Positions 12,701 through 25,700 of a DNA stretch of 64,000 nt are shown here, piece after piece (position 1 is the stretch's first letter; every line of letters begins with the position of its first letter). The position numbers and the translations under genes were made by a program. Location: assembly GCF_000150275.1 (NCBI RefSeq), contig NW_002060943.1, positions 2,632,462-2,696,461 of the forward strand, read 5' to 3'. The DNA is from Trichoplax adhaerens. Its lineage: Eukaryota; Animalia; Placozoa. Under the pieces are notes generated by a model. The model was not told where the DNA came from. It did no database searches and saw nothing but the letters and a program-made list of their open reading frames with translations.

Positions 12701-15700
12701 GCACCATTCTAGGCAATAATTTTTCAACTAAAGTTATGTAATAACAAAAGTAAGAAAATTTAAAACACTGCTTGATTTTTAATAATAAGCATTACGTAAA
12801 GCTATGAGATAAAAGTATAATACCAATGTATCAAATCTGTCATCGTAATTATCCTCATGCTTACCGATAATTTTAGAATCATCAATACTTTTTAGGTGAG
12901 TTGCGATAGCATTAATCAGGCTAAGAGATACTTTGATATTGTGACTCTATTAAGAAAACAGTAAATAAAACAAATTATCTATGAAAAACCTTACATTCTA
13001 TAGACTGACAATATACAACAAATCAGTTGTATTAAAAGTTTATAAATAAAGCTAAGATTACCTCAATTGCTGATACAATATCATTAAGAGTTCTATTCTT
13101 TCCAAAGCAAGACATAAATATCGAATACCTATATACATAGAGTAATTGATATAGAAATAAACGATCTTTTTCCGATCTTAGGATGACATAACCTATAGCA
13201 ACAAGCATCATTTCCAGCAAAAGCAATATACTTACGTTATTTTATTCCCCAATATCTTACAAGAATCCATGAGATGGAGCAAATTAACGGCTCCTAAAAA
13301 TTGTCAACAAGAAATTTCATACAGTTAACCATAATAGGTATTGCTGGTGATACAAAAATTACGTTCTCTCATTTTACCTTCAATATCTCCCTTTTGACGG
13401 TACTGGATAAACATAGGATATACGAAATGAGATCGCACTGGAATTTTCTAAAAACAGGCGTACAAATTTGTTGGTTAAGCCTCGATAAAAATTTTCATTT
13501 AAACACAAAGTGCTCATAATTTCTGTAGTATCGTCGAAAAGGAACTGCAATAATAGAACTATCATTGAAATTTACCCTCTGGGCCATTTCGCGGACGCAG
13601 TCAACAGCTAGGTCTAGAGATCATTGTATCAGTTACAGAGTTAGCAAGATGCTAATCTGGTGTATTAATAATTAAGCTTATAAATGTTTAAAAGTTCAAT
13701 ATTATAAATTACCTGTGTTTCTGTTATCATGAAGAACATCAAGAAAATCATACCATACATAGTGATCGATTAATTTCTCATGCTCAATGTCCCCTATAAA
13801 ATTGAGTTTATCTTTTGTTTCCTAAATGATACCATTAAAACAGTGGAACAACCAACATCAATATTATTCGTTGTATGTAATGAATGTCTTATGGTCGTAT
13901 GGTTCTTACAGTTTCCATTCTAGCAACAGCCCGAAGGAGAGAACGGAGTGTCATGTTGATATTATCGTCCCGATTGCTTGGATTAATATGAACGATGTCC
14001 TTCAATATAAATAGGGCACCCTGAAAATCTCCCTCAAAGCATAGGTCGATCATCGTGCCACGTAAAGCTATACAAGGTCAGAAGAAGAAATTTTATGTAA
14101 TTTTTGTGACTTTTGGATTTGACCTAATAACGAAAATTTTAACCCACCTTGAAAAAGAGATATTTTGCCTTCAATACTATCCAATACCTATCATGAATAA
14201 GGATTAAATGAATGATATTATGATGTGAAATAAATGCTCTTCCAGTATTTTACAAGTCAGTTACGCCTATTGTGGCGTTGTTACTGTTATAATTTGTTGC
14301 TTACATTAGGAATGAGAAAACTTTTCTTAGTTCTTGAAAGAGCTTTGATTACAGAGCTATAAGTATGACGATCAGGCAAAATGTGATCCTTTTGCATCAT
14401 CTGAAATACCTAGTATCAATAGAGTAAGAAGATATGATACGGGCGTAAGTATCAACTAACTATTAGAAATTTGCAAAAGTAATACCTTTTCTAGCGATAG
14501 CCAATTTCCTCGTTCAGCGACAGCGTTAACTAAAGCCGTGTAACTAATTTGGCTTGGCATGATGTTGTTCTGTCTATACATATAACATTAAAAATGGAGA
14601 CAGAATATTACAAAATCTTGTCCTAGAAATTTACTACCGTATATAAGAGTTTCAACAGTGAACAAAATAGCAAGTCATACACGCTGTGTTTTATCCCAAC
14701 CTCATCAAATCAAACGTTGCGTATGAATTATCCAGATCGCTAAATATATGAAATAGACGCATAATAAAAATTTGGTAAGATTATTCCATTTGAGGTGAAA
14801 AAGTCGTCTCGGACTAACAATCATTGAATCATAGTGTATTACTCAGCTCTGGCATGCCCAGTTATTAAGGCAGCATAGACCGATTCTGATATTGACATAT
14901 CTTCATTTTTCATATAATCCAAGATAGTACTAGATAACATTACGATATTAAAACATTAGTCTGTCCATCAAATGCGATATGGTTTAAGTTTAAGTGTTCA
15001 ACCAGTAGTACTATCATATTTAAGAATCGCTATACCATCTATTACGTGGTACGAAGTAGTAATCAATCTACTAACCTGGCAGCCTTAATGTCACCTTGAA
15101 TACCATATGCTTGTAATATATTGATGTAAGTCGTCTGCGTAACATCATTTAACGATTACAATCCAATTTGGAGAAATTATCGAGTATTATTCAAATATAA
15201 CTGAAATACTTCTAGCTCATTCAATTAACAAAAATGATCTAAAATAAACCTTGTCAGGAGAAACATTTTTAGCTCTCATGGAAGACAGAAATTCGATAGG
15301 TGAAAAAGTGTGTTCGCAAAAATTGTAGACCGTTAATAATTCATTGTAATGATTAACGTTGAATCTATAATCTAAAATCAATATCGATTGAAATTAATGA
15401 TAAGTTTATTATGAATAAGGGTAAGCAAGATGAAACTGTTCTCAAACGAAATAGACAGTTAACATTGTCGAAGCAAACTGGATGATTTCTCTAGAGTTGA
15501 TAGTATATATACATGCGAACAAATTACACTAAAGACAGATCGAAAACAGATAATAAAAAGTTAAATTTGTTGTAAGAAAGCTGACTTATTTTAACCCATT
15601 TACAAAATTTTATCAAGCATATAAAATATAATATAATATAATACTACATCTGATTCATCTTTTTTACCTTTTGGTGAGTATAAGTGTAAGTTGGAAAGGT

Positions 15701-17410
15701 GATAAAAATGTTGTTAATACTTAACAGGCAAAAGTAAGAAAGTAACTCCAACTACTCTCTTACTGCAGTAACTTGTTATGTGCGTTGATTTGCCTGTCAT
15801 ACACTATAGCCGATTGAATTTTATGATCGTTCATGCAAACAATATTTCTAGCTCACGTACCTCTAGAAGCCAATTTTGCCCAAAATTGATGCACTAACTC
15901 GATACGTTGTTCAGGTTTAACATCACGCAAGCGTTCGCCACAATTGCGAATAATATCACAGCCAAGACTATGAGATATAAACTCTATAAATACAATAAAT
16001 AAGCAAATATCAATCTATTATTTCCATTGTATGATATCTATTTTATAACTATTCAACATTGTATTTGTACGATATTGCATAGTAATTTTCTTCAATCATT
16101 CCATGATCCATCGTAACACTATGGTCTTGTCGCTATTTCTGACGTATACGTATTTGCCGCATAAGATGAAGAACTTGCATCCTAATAGTCACTGATTTAC
16201 CCGTCATCATAGTACTGTACAAGCATGTGGCTAAGTGCAACTTTGCAATTGTTCAAGCTTTGCAAAGCAGTTACTGGACAGTAGGTCGCCAAGATTTTGT
16301 AGTAGTGTACTGTATTACTCCTATCTAGCGATTATTGTAGATTGTGTGCGATTCGTAAGGTAGAGGTGAATTCGATATGATATTTGCATTCGCATCACGA
16401 TCATTTACTGAGCAGTTTGTATTTTTTCAACAATCAAATTGGTCTTTTACATTGATGTTCATGCTACAAAGACCACTACAGTCCATTACAATGAAATTTA
16501 AGTAGTCAATACTGCACTCCTGTTCTATAACATCTATCCATAATTCTAATAGTAGCATCGTTGGCGAGCTCTCAAAACGATATCTACTTACTTTAGGCCT
16601 ACAGTCAAGAATGCATATCGTGCTATTTGTGTCATCGTCAATCAGTCATACTGCAGTATTGCCTTCGTCAAGTCTGTTTTAGCCAATCGCATTGGTTGGT
16701 ATATACCCCAAATAATATTCAACTATGGTATTATCCATTTAGTGGTTTGTCTATCCCTTCTATACAAGTATCGTATTGCATTGCATGATGATTTATCAAT
16801 TATCCATCATTAGGCAAACATTTATTCGTAATTCATTGAACTGCACTCGATTTCAGAGAGAACATTTTGCAAGGGTCGTAGTATGCAAAAGGAGCAAGCT
16901 AACGACTGGCAGCTATGAATCAATGTTAAAATGATGATGGCCATGAAGAGTAGAGTATTGGTGAATTGCTATGATAGAGTGATTACTTTGTGTTCCGATT
17001 TTATCCTTACCTAAATCGCATATTCTTTGAAAGTCGAGTAGGAGAATTTCCTTGGAATAAATTTCACCCATGCGTGGTATCGGACGAGCTCTTGGACGTC
17101 GAGGTGGACGTTGTGAGGGAGTCGTTGAGGGATCTTTCTGGTCGTCTTTGACTGTTAAAAAGTTATCAAAATCTAAAAATTCATAGCTAAACGTGGAAGT
17201 TTCTTTTTTCTTGGTTGGATCAGCAGTTTGGGCTGTTTCAGCATGTGTATTGCATGCAATTCGGCTGATGGATAGCCATCGACTAGCCCCAATGGGGGCA
17301 ATTTGTGGTTTACTGAGGAAATTCTTGACCAGTGAATGACTGACAGCCTGGTTGCGAGCGTTGAAGACAACAGGCCGCTGCACAAGGAAGCGAGTAGACA
17401 CTCTCCACAT
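9773..17410 (-). CDS. LRPPRC: Leucine-rich pentatricopeptide repeat protein (LRPPRC-like), mitochondrial, >20 exons
   Basis: ATG at 17410 with an Arg-rich presequence (MWRVSTRFLVQRP). The spliced N-terminus reads IIRNCGERLRDVKPEQRIELVHQFWAKL / FNVNHYNELLTVY...FSPIEFLSSMRAKNVSPDK / TTYINILQAYGIQGDIKAA / ILDYMKNEDMSISESVYAALITGHARA, colinear with human LRPPRC (LLRSCG...FSPTDFL...FSALVTGHARAG). Further PPR-like exons continue to TAG at 9773-9775. A 39-nt microexon lies at 14701-14739. Confidence 0.88.
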
Positions 17411-17659
17411 TTTGCACCGATGAATATAAAGTACCAACAAGAAGATAAGCGGCAATAACTATCAGCAATGCAAGAATTCTTTCTTGATAGTGCTTAAAAT
17501 AAGTCAATGAGTAGAAAAGGAAAGAGGATTTTATGCTGGTAAATCTCTCCAACGCCAAGCTGCCAACTGTAGCTCTTTTTCTCCTCTTTTTGGCTTCAAT
17601 GCCCGACTTCAATCAAGGTTAATTCAACTGCACTACGGTCAGTCGCAGATGGTTCAACC

Positions 17660-18535
17660 TCCGTACAGTACACTGAGTGCCGTAGAGTAGGGTAGGCACA
17701 GTATTGGTGGACGATAGGGCGAACAGTATGGTCGTTTTCCCCCGACTGTGACAGTACACTGACTACAGTGTACAGTACAGCACTGTACAGTACGTTCAGT
17801 ACAGTGTATAGTACTGTACTAGACTCTAGAGTACAGTACAGTACACTCAGTGAGTACAGTACCTGTATGTGGCTGATTCGACGTGTGAAAGACTCGCTTG
17901 ACTTGCAGATACAGCGGTATAGTATGTACCGTATAGTAATATACTGTTGACATTGGCTAACATTGGGCACTAGACTCAGTTGCAAGGGTTCTCACTCCAC
18001 GTGCGATTACAGTACTTTGCCTGACGATTACAGTATTAGTACGTCCAGTCCTGTACTGTACACTGTACGGCACAGACCCTCCAATGGCACGATCTGCAGT
18101 AAAAAAAGAACCATCCAGCGAGTGAGTAAAATGGGTCACCAACATGGGCATTAAGCAGGCTTTTAATCCTCTTTCTGATCATTCTACTCAATTTCTACTC
18201 TACTGGTGAAAGTGTCATCTACCGTATTGCAGTGTTTTGCAACTTGCTTCTGAAATTTGGTATACTTTACAGTACAGTACATGGCCATGGAGCAGTCAAC
18301 TCATCATAATAGTACTGTACTGTACTGTATGTGAGCACGCTGTACTGTACAGTGTACAGTACAGTGTACAGTACAGCGTAATGAAATCTGCTGTGCTTGG
18401 CCATGGTGCAGTCAACTCATCATTACAGTGTACTGTACTGTACAGTACTGTACTGTATGTCAGCACGCTGACGGTACAGTACAGTGTACTGTAACACAGA
18501 GTACTTCATACTGTACTCAACTGGGCTGTACTGTA
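17660..18535. repeat. TACAG/CTGTA pentamer clusters in the LRPPRC / orphan-gene divergent intergenic region
   Basis: Dense CAGTA/TACTG/GTAC arrays at ~17750-17870, ~18010-18070 and ~18265-18535. They include a ~116-bp tandem duplication (TGGCCATGG(A/T)GCAGTCAACTCATCAT at ~18282 and ~18398). Confidence 0.9.
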
Positions 18536-19138
18536 ACACCACACACCCGGTCGGGATGGGAGTAATTGGAGCACGCAAGAGCAGTGGAAGAGATGGTGCA
18601 CGCTCCACATTGAATGGATGGAATGGATGGCCATTGCTTGCATAGACAAAACTAAACTCTCCAATTGAATCAACACCTCCAAGAAGCCATAACAAATAAG
18701 TAAGTTTGTCAGATAGGCAAGAGGATAAACTTGAATCGTTTATGTTGCTTGTAAGGCAATTTTACAACAGTGGCATATGTACAATACAGCTGTATTATTC
18801 CCTAGCGATGATGGACTGACTACTACAAATTTCCAACAATTTGCAGTCGGTCGTCCATGCCTTAGCAGTAAGGCAATGTACTTTGGGCACTTTCTATATA
18901 ACCTTGTATCTTCACTCTTTGTCATGCTAATTCGTGATCGTTCTAAAATAGAAATTGATCTACTTATAGAGGATAACATCATTGTCAAACTTCTTCCTAA
19001 TTTGTACATGTATGATACTTGGTTACTGGAGTAGACATTATAGATGAAAAGCCTCGCAGTACAAGACTGAAATCTTGGTCGACGGATGTGACATACGCGT
19101 CGTTGTAGAATTGATTGTTAGACTGAAATCTTCAAGTT

Positions 19139-20357
19139 ATGGCCAATAAAGGGAATAAACGCAAGGCAACCTCTGAATTATCACCAGCGTTACGTAAACG
19201 AATAAGATACATAGTTTTTACCACTGGTATTTGGTAAGGCCATGCATTTGTACCTCGATTATAGACAGAGTTATGCTAGCTTTTATGCAAGATCCATTCA
19301 TGAGCTTACTTGCCTATACAGTATACAATCGCGCACGATATTCTTACAGTAGTCCACTCTACTGAGCTGCCGGATGACAATTGATTGGAAGCACAATTCA
19401 TATATCGTAGTTGATGCATTTTTAATTTCACCCCTAGGATAAATTAACTGCAAAGGAATAGTGTTATACTATAGACGAGCACAACTTTATTGAACTAGTG
19501 AAGCATCAGGGTTCTATTACACTTATTGCATCCAATTCCTCTCCATACAATATAAAACATACATCTTATGCTGTACATGCTATCTCTAAATACATATTAA
19601 TCTACATAATACCATGTTCGACTACATTGATGCATCTTAATATGCAGGCAGCACTACGTGTTAATTACAGTATGTATCAAGATACGCATAGACATGAACA
19701 TCTATTCAATTAGTTATACTATGATTACACCACTGCACATTACAGCGATTGCATACACGCGCAAACCTTAATAAGGTTATTCATCACTCATAGTATATCA
19801 AGGTTAGTGATAACCCCGTACCTCAGATTCTGTTATGCTCTGTTGTCCATAATGGCAATCGTCAACATACGGTAGTTCTAATTTTCCTTGGCTATCTATA
19901 TGCTGACTTTAACTACAGCATTGATACGCAAGATAATATTCTCGCATAGGATTACTAGCGAAATAATACCCAATAGAAAATGGAAGTAATCAGCCCACAC
20001 AATATGTACTCTTAGTCTTTGTGACTATCTACATCAAGATATCTAATGGAATATAATGTGCATATGCAATTATTTAGCTACAACTCACTATCAATTAATA
20101 GGTATTGTTTTGAATTTGCGATCAGGGTCCTCGTAAATATAACTGGAGCAGCTATCTTTCTAGCTATGAAACCGACTGTCGCCCGTCGGCGTGCTGAGAG
20201 AATACTAAGGGAAGAAGAGGAGAATAATAGTAACAAAGACAGTGCTATAGTCCTTAACCATGACGAACAAGAAATACCAGCGCTATCGGATCCTTTAACA
20301 CAACAGCAGCAGCCACAATCGATCATGGCACGATTAGCTGCTTATTTTAAATTCTGA
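19139..20357 (+). CDS. Small uncharacterised protein (128 aa) with 1-2 hydrophobic segments; 3 coding exons
   Basis: Exons 19139-19233, 19950-19985 and 20102-20357 have canonical GT/AG ends and compatible phases (95+36+256 = 387 nt). Translation: MANKGNKRKATSELSPALRKRIRYIVFTTGIWITSEIIPNRKWKYCFEFAIRVLVNITGAAIFLAMKPTVARRRAERILREEEE...SIMARLAAYFKF*. Confidence 0.72.
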
Positions 20358-22776
20358 AGGATCACATAGCGACTTCTACACTCAAATTGATAGAACATTG
20401 CTTATTAGTTGCTAAGGCCTGGCAATGAATGCTGTGGCACAATATCTACACAAATAGCCTCCATTAATGTTGGAACTTGTCCATCATTTTCAACGATCAT
20501 AATGGTCAAATTTATAAATGATCGGGAGTTAGTGAACATCCATTGTATATTGCTTAATCATAATTATAATGTAGCTCAGATCTATTTAAATGAATAGCAT
20601 CACTAATTTCTACCAATGTGTAGGTAAAATGTGATATATTGTACCAATTCCTTATAAATGATGTTATCGATTTATAGTCTGCGAGTACAGATTAAACCCA
20701 AGCTTTTACTAAATTGCATCTGTAAACCATCTACTTTAGCTACGTTAGGCTAATATAGCAATTATGCTGTAGTTGTATTAAAATGGTCGCCTTTATTTTA
20801 TGAGGCATAATGCAGTTGCTTTTAAAAAAATTATTCCTTAGCGAATCTCCGAAATTTTGAAAAGAGTTGAAGCAGCTTTATGTCTTTTATAGTGTACAAC
20901 CTATTGTTCAAATATCTTTATAACGATTTTTTTCAACGCTAAATTTTGAATATGTAACAATTTGGATATTATCTTGTTGACAACCCTATAAGCAGCCCTG
21001 TGAATGAAAACGATAACACATGGCACAATTTTTACATTGGATTATTAAATATTTATACTCATATTACCAGGTGTATTAGCATTTCTGTGTACGAAATCAT
21101 ATACTAATAAAGTATAGTGAACAAGTTAGTTGTTAATCTCTATCATACATATGAAATTATTGGATGGATATGATACAAGCGTATAATCACATTCCATTAC
21201 TTATGTCTGACATGATCTAGTTTATAAAGAGATATACTGGCATTTGCAATTGTGACTATTAAATACCTTGTCTTTAAGCAAGGATCAATAATGAATACGC
21301 AACATGAAATGGCTAAATATTTCCCTCATGTACATACCCTTCACATAAGGACTTTTATATTATAGTAATATCGATTCTTACAGGGTATTCGATATCACCA
21401 CAATCTTTCATCTCTTCAGGGTTTACCTGATGCAAGATAAGTTTAGACAGTGATCAACTTAAGAAAACAAGCTATCAATGTTACATCATTTTGGATTATT
21501 GCGAGATTGCTATAAGCCAAAATGAAGCACCTACAGAATCGATTGCCTGAAACCTAAAGCATTTGTTATAGCCTTCAAATGCAAAGTGATGAAGTTGAAT
21601 CAAATTAGTTGATTAAAATAATATAATCTTTCCGCTAGCTGTAAATAGAAACCATAAAGGTGACTACGATTCTGATCTATTAAGATCTAATTATTAAATT
21701 AAATGGACTGTTTGACAAAATACATCTTAATCATTATAAGCTATTACAGCATTACACAGTATGGTACAGGAATTACTTCTACAGAGTTAAAATATGGCTA
21801 TAACATCAATTACTATCGTCGACAGGACGCATGTAGGATTTACTACACAAGAGAATCTGCTCTTTTATTCTCGAAACTCTACCCATACGTCAACATCAGA
21901 TTGACAAATACTGCACGTGTAACTACTGTAGAAAAATGGTGCTAGAATGTTTAATATAATTTATAATCAATTCATTCATTAATGGTAATGTATGGGTTTT
22001 AACTTGAACATTGAACTTCTGTAATAAGTTGAAATCATTACATTAAATAAGTATCGTACTGGCATAGGGAGGGATATTTTTTCTGGTCATTTATTTGGAC
22101 GGCAGGTCTACCTGTTACTATAAATAATCAAAAGTGACAATAATAACCAAGGCAAAAAGTAGATACAAATAAATTAATTGTCATCATCTGATTCTAAACT
22201 AATTTAAAGTAACTCTATCAAGAGTAATCATATTAGTTTCCTTAATTAAGTTGTATTATGCACGCAGTCTTAATGGCTCTAGGGCTTCTATCATGTGATT
22301 AAATAACCTACTTACTATATAAACAATGAGACAAGTACTGACCGATACAACTATCCTCTATACTACAATATATTAAGCAATCTCAACGATGATGAACAGA
22401 TATATAAAATCATATGGTTTGGGTTTTCCTTCAAGCTTAACGATAGATAGGCGTAGTCATTGAGGAGATTTGTTATTCAAGATGGATCGATAATATGGCC
22501 AATCTTTGACATGCTATCGAATAAGATAGCCTTACTAGTTGACTATACCAATAAAAAAGATGTCAATGTTTGTTATGCTATAACAAGCAAGACGAAAAAT
22601 TTGACCGAATGCTATTGTGGAACAAGTAGATATCATAATTAAATATGAGTAGCCTAAAAATGGATTAAACTTACCCAACGTAGTTCTCAATTTGCTCTAG
22701 ATTGCAGATTTTTGACTGCCTTTCTTATTTATATTCTTGACCAAAGTGGAGATTATAGTGATATACCAGCTACAAA

Positions 22777-25700
22777 ATGGGGCTCAGTCACTACATAGAG
22801 ACCGTGATTGAGAGAAATTATCCTAAAATGATTACTGATATCCCATTACAACAGTTTTTGATTGATTTAAGAGCTAGACAAGTCCTATCGAATGAAGAAG
22901 TCGATGAATTAAATTCATTCCGAACCAATAAAGAAATGATTTATAACTTTATTAAAATCCTCAAGTTTCGAGCCGATCAAGATTTCTTTCACCTCTGTGA
23001 TACTTTGCAAGAACATGGAGCTATAACAGTACAAGAATTTGGTGAAGCATTGCAAAATGAAGCAGAATTGCGACGTAGAGCAGGTAAAATATGTTGTAGC
23101 TCCGTGATGACTAAAACAACTATTTTCTCAACAATTCGACCTGAAAAATGTTCAAAGTTGCTAGTAACAGCGAATGTGATACCGTAATGATCGAATGATG
23201 GAGTAAATTTATTTTTGTAGAAAGAGAATATCCAACGATGCACTATTGTTATGCTTCATAAAATCTCATTAGAGTAATGCTACAGGTTGCTATTAGTGAA
23301 GGATATTAGCAGAATAGCTGAATGAAATTTATTCTGCTGAAAGAGAAAAATTACAAACACTGTTATGTAATAACAGTGTTTGCAAAAATTGTACTGGAAT
23401 GATGCTATAATTTCTTAGCTGTAGAGTATTTATACGTTGTAGACCAACCGAGTAGAATTTACTTTTGAAGGAGGAAATGAATTTGTAGTAGCTTAGAAAT
23501 CAACAAATAGTAGTGCATGGTTTTCACCCAAAACAACACTACAATTTTATAGTCGTATAGAGGGTTGCTTACTGATACATTTCAGAATAGACGAGCAAGT
23601 TTCAATTTTGTAGAAAAGAAAAGAGAAGGTTAAGTGCTATGCATGATTACGATATTCCTGATTATGAGTGTACTAACCCAAATTTGACTATAGATAGTGC
23701 TACATTAACCAGAATATTATGCAGTAGAATTATTAGAAGTTCCAGGAAAGATGAGTAAGTTTCAATTTATTGAAGGAAAAAACCGATTTATACCAATATG
23801 TAGCTCTAGTATTGATTAATGTGTAACTGGAATAGTAGGATAATTTACTGTAGAAATTATAAAATACGCGTTGGTGAGCTAAAATTTCTCGTGCATTGAG
23901 ACATTTTTAATATGTTTGTAAATGCAATTTGGATAAGACTGCTACTAGTAGCTAATTCTATCGCCTAACTTGATGATATGTCTCTATAATATCAATGCAT
24001 TAAAACTGCATAAAATTACAGTAAAATAGAACTCCATTAAAATAGGATAATAGAAGCTTAAACAGATTGAGAATAAATCAATCGATTAGCCTTACGCAAT
24101 TCTAGACTAAATGTTTCAATAGCAATCAATATGTTGATAGATAAAGTACTGTAAGCTTGTCCACCATTTTGGGGTATCCAATTTATTCGAATTTCAATTC
24201 TTCTGATGTGCGTGTGTATTGATTAATCGGATACACCTATCGGAAGTATTACTTTTAGTTATAGGAATTCAATACTAACCTATCCTATATTTTCGTTTAT
24301 TTTAAATAGAAGATGAGAATGAGAAAGGAAAGCCGACTAATTCAGGTGTTTATTTCATTAATTTTTGATATCGAATTTATAATTAGGAGCAGCCTATTTT
24401 ATGAATACAAGTGCAAGGGTAGAAAGGTTATAAAGCCGTGCTACATTCTCTATACCTACCATGAAGAGGCGAGAAAACGCCTATGATTTCTACTATCGTA
24501 CTAATCAACGTATAATCTAGAAATAATTCAAAATTGCAATCAAATGTCTAGGATTAATATAATAATTAACCGAAAGAAAGCACGCCTTGTTGCATGGAAG
24601 GAATCAATTTATATTTAGGATTTTAGCATACCGTACATTAATACAGTTGAATAATTTTTTGATTTGTAAAATTTACGGAATAATTGTAGAAAGTGCATCA
24701 TTTAGCCTCTTATTCTACAATGTCAAGAAAGATATAGCTTTAATATTCCTCATATCCTAACAATCTTGTTTTTTCCTTGTTAGCCTATTTGCTACGAGAT
24801 CTTCCTCCAACTCCCGAAAGTCACTATATAGTACGCCAAACTTTTGTTGATAAAATTTGTAGCCATTTGAAGGATATCGATAATTCGCAAGGTCATCTTC
24901 TAATACATGGGATGGCTGGCTGTGGCAAAACAATTGCTGTATGCCAGTCTGTCAGGATGGTGTTTGAACAAGGATATTTTCAATCTCATGGTGTCTACTG
25001 GGCTAAACTAGGTAACTAAATGAACTGTACTGCAAATTAGGATCGTCATTGATGCCCACTTAGCTGCTAGACCGATGCCAATTCTAGTTTTATAAATCAT
25101 TTTCTTAATCGATCATGACATAAAAAATTTGCTTTTAAGTTTTCACAGTGAAAGCGAGTAACAAATAAGGATCTATTTCAATTAACAAGATTTAAGCACA
25201 AAATTAGATTTCTTAGTAAGTTCTTATTCGATATTGATCATTAACTATCGACACCGTAAATCGGATTAGAATCAAGTTAAATACGATAAAAATGAAAAAT
25301 TAACGCTCAAATAGTACTCTTAATTATATTAAATGCTTCACAGCAGATAGAAATTGATCTGGTTAATACTCTAGCTGGTAGACATTAACCTTCACCTACA
25401 TCAAATTCTTTACAGCAGAAATAAGTTTAAAATAATTTCCTGGAAGATCTTGCATTTTTAACCTTGAAAGATGTTCTATAGCAGATATACATTAAGTTTT
25501 TTACTAATTTAATAATCGACATTAATCTTTAAATGGATCGAATATTCTACTCTAGGTAATCAGTTCATAATTACATAAATGAGATGAAGAAGATTACTTT
25601 TATTAATATGTTTTCTAACTGAAATTGCTTTTGAACTACATTAAATATCCTATAATAATAAAATAATATACGTAAGCGTAAATTGGTTGCTTTCGTGGCT

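Noticed and set aside
18245-18500. CRISPR-like repeat/spacer appearance
   Set aside because: Only two copies, the spacers are themselves duplicated, the context is eukaryotic and there are no cas genes.
17596-18695. YSTVL/CTVQY-rich ORFs on both strands
   Set aside because: By-products of TACAG repeats, with no domain or splice support.
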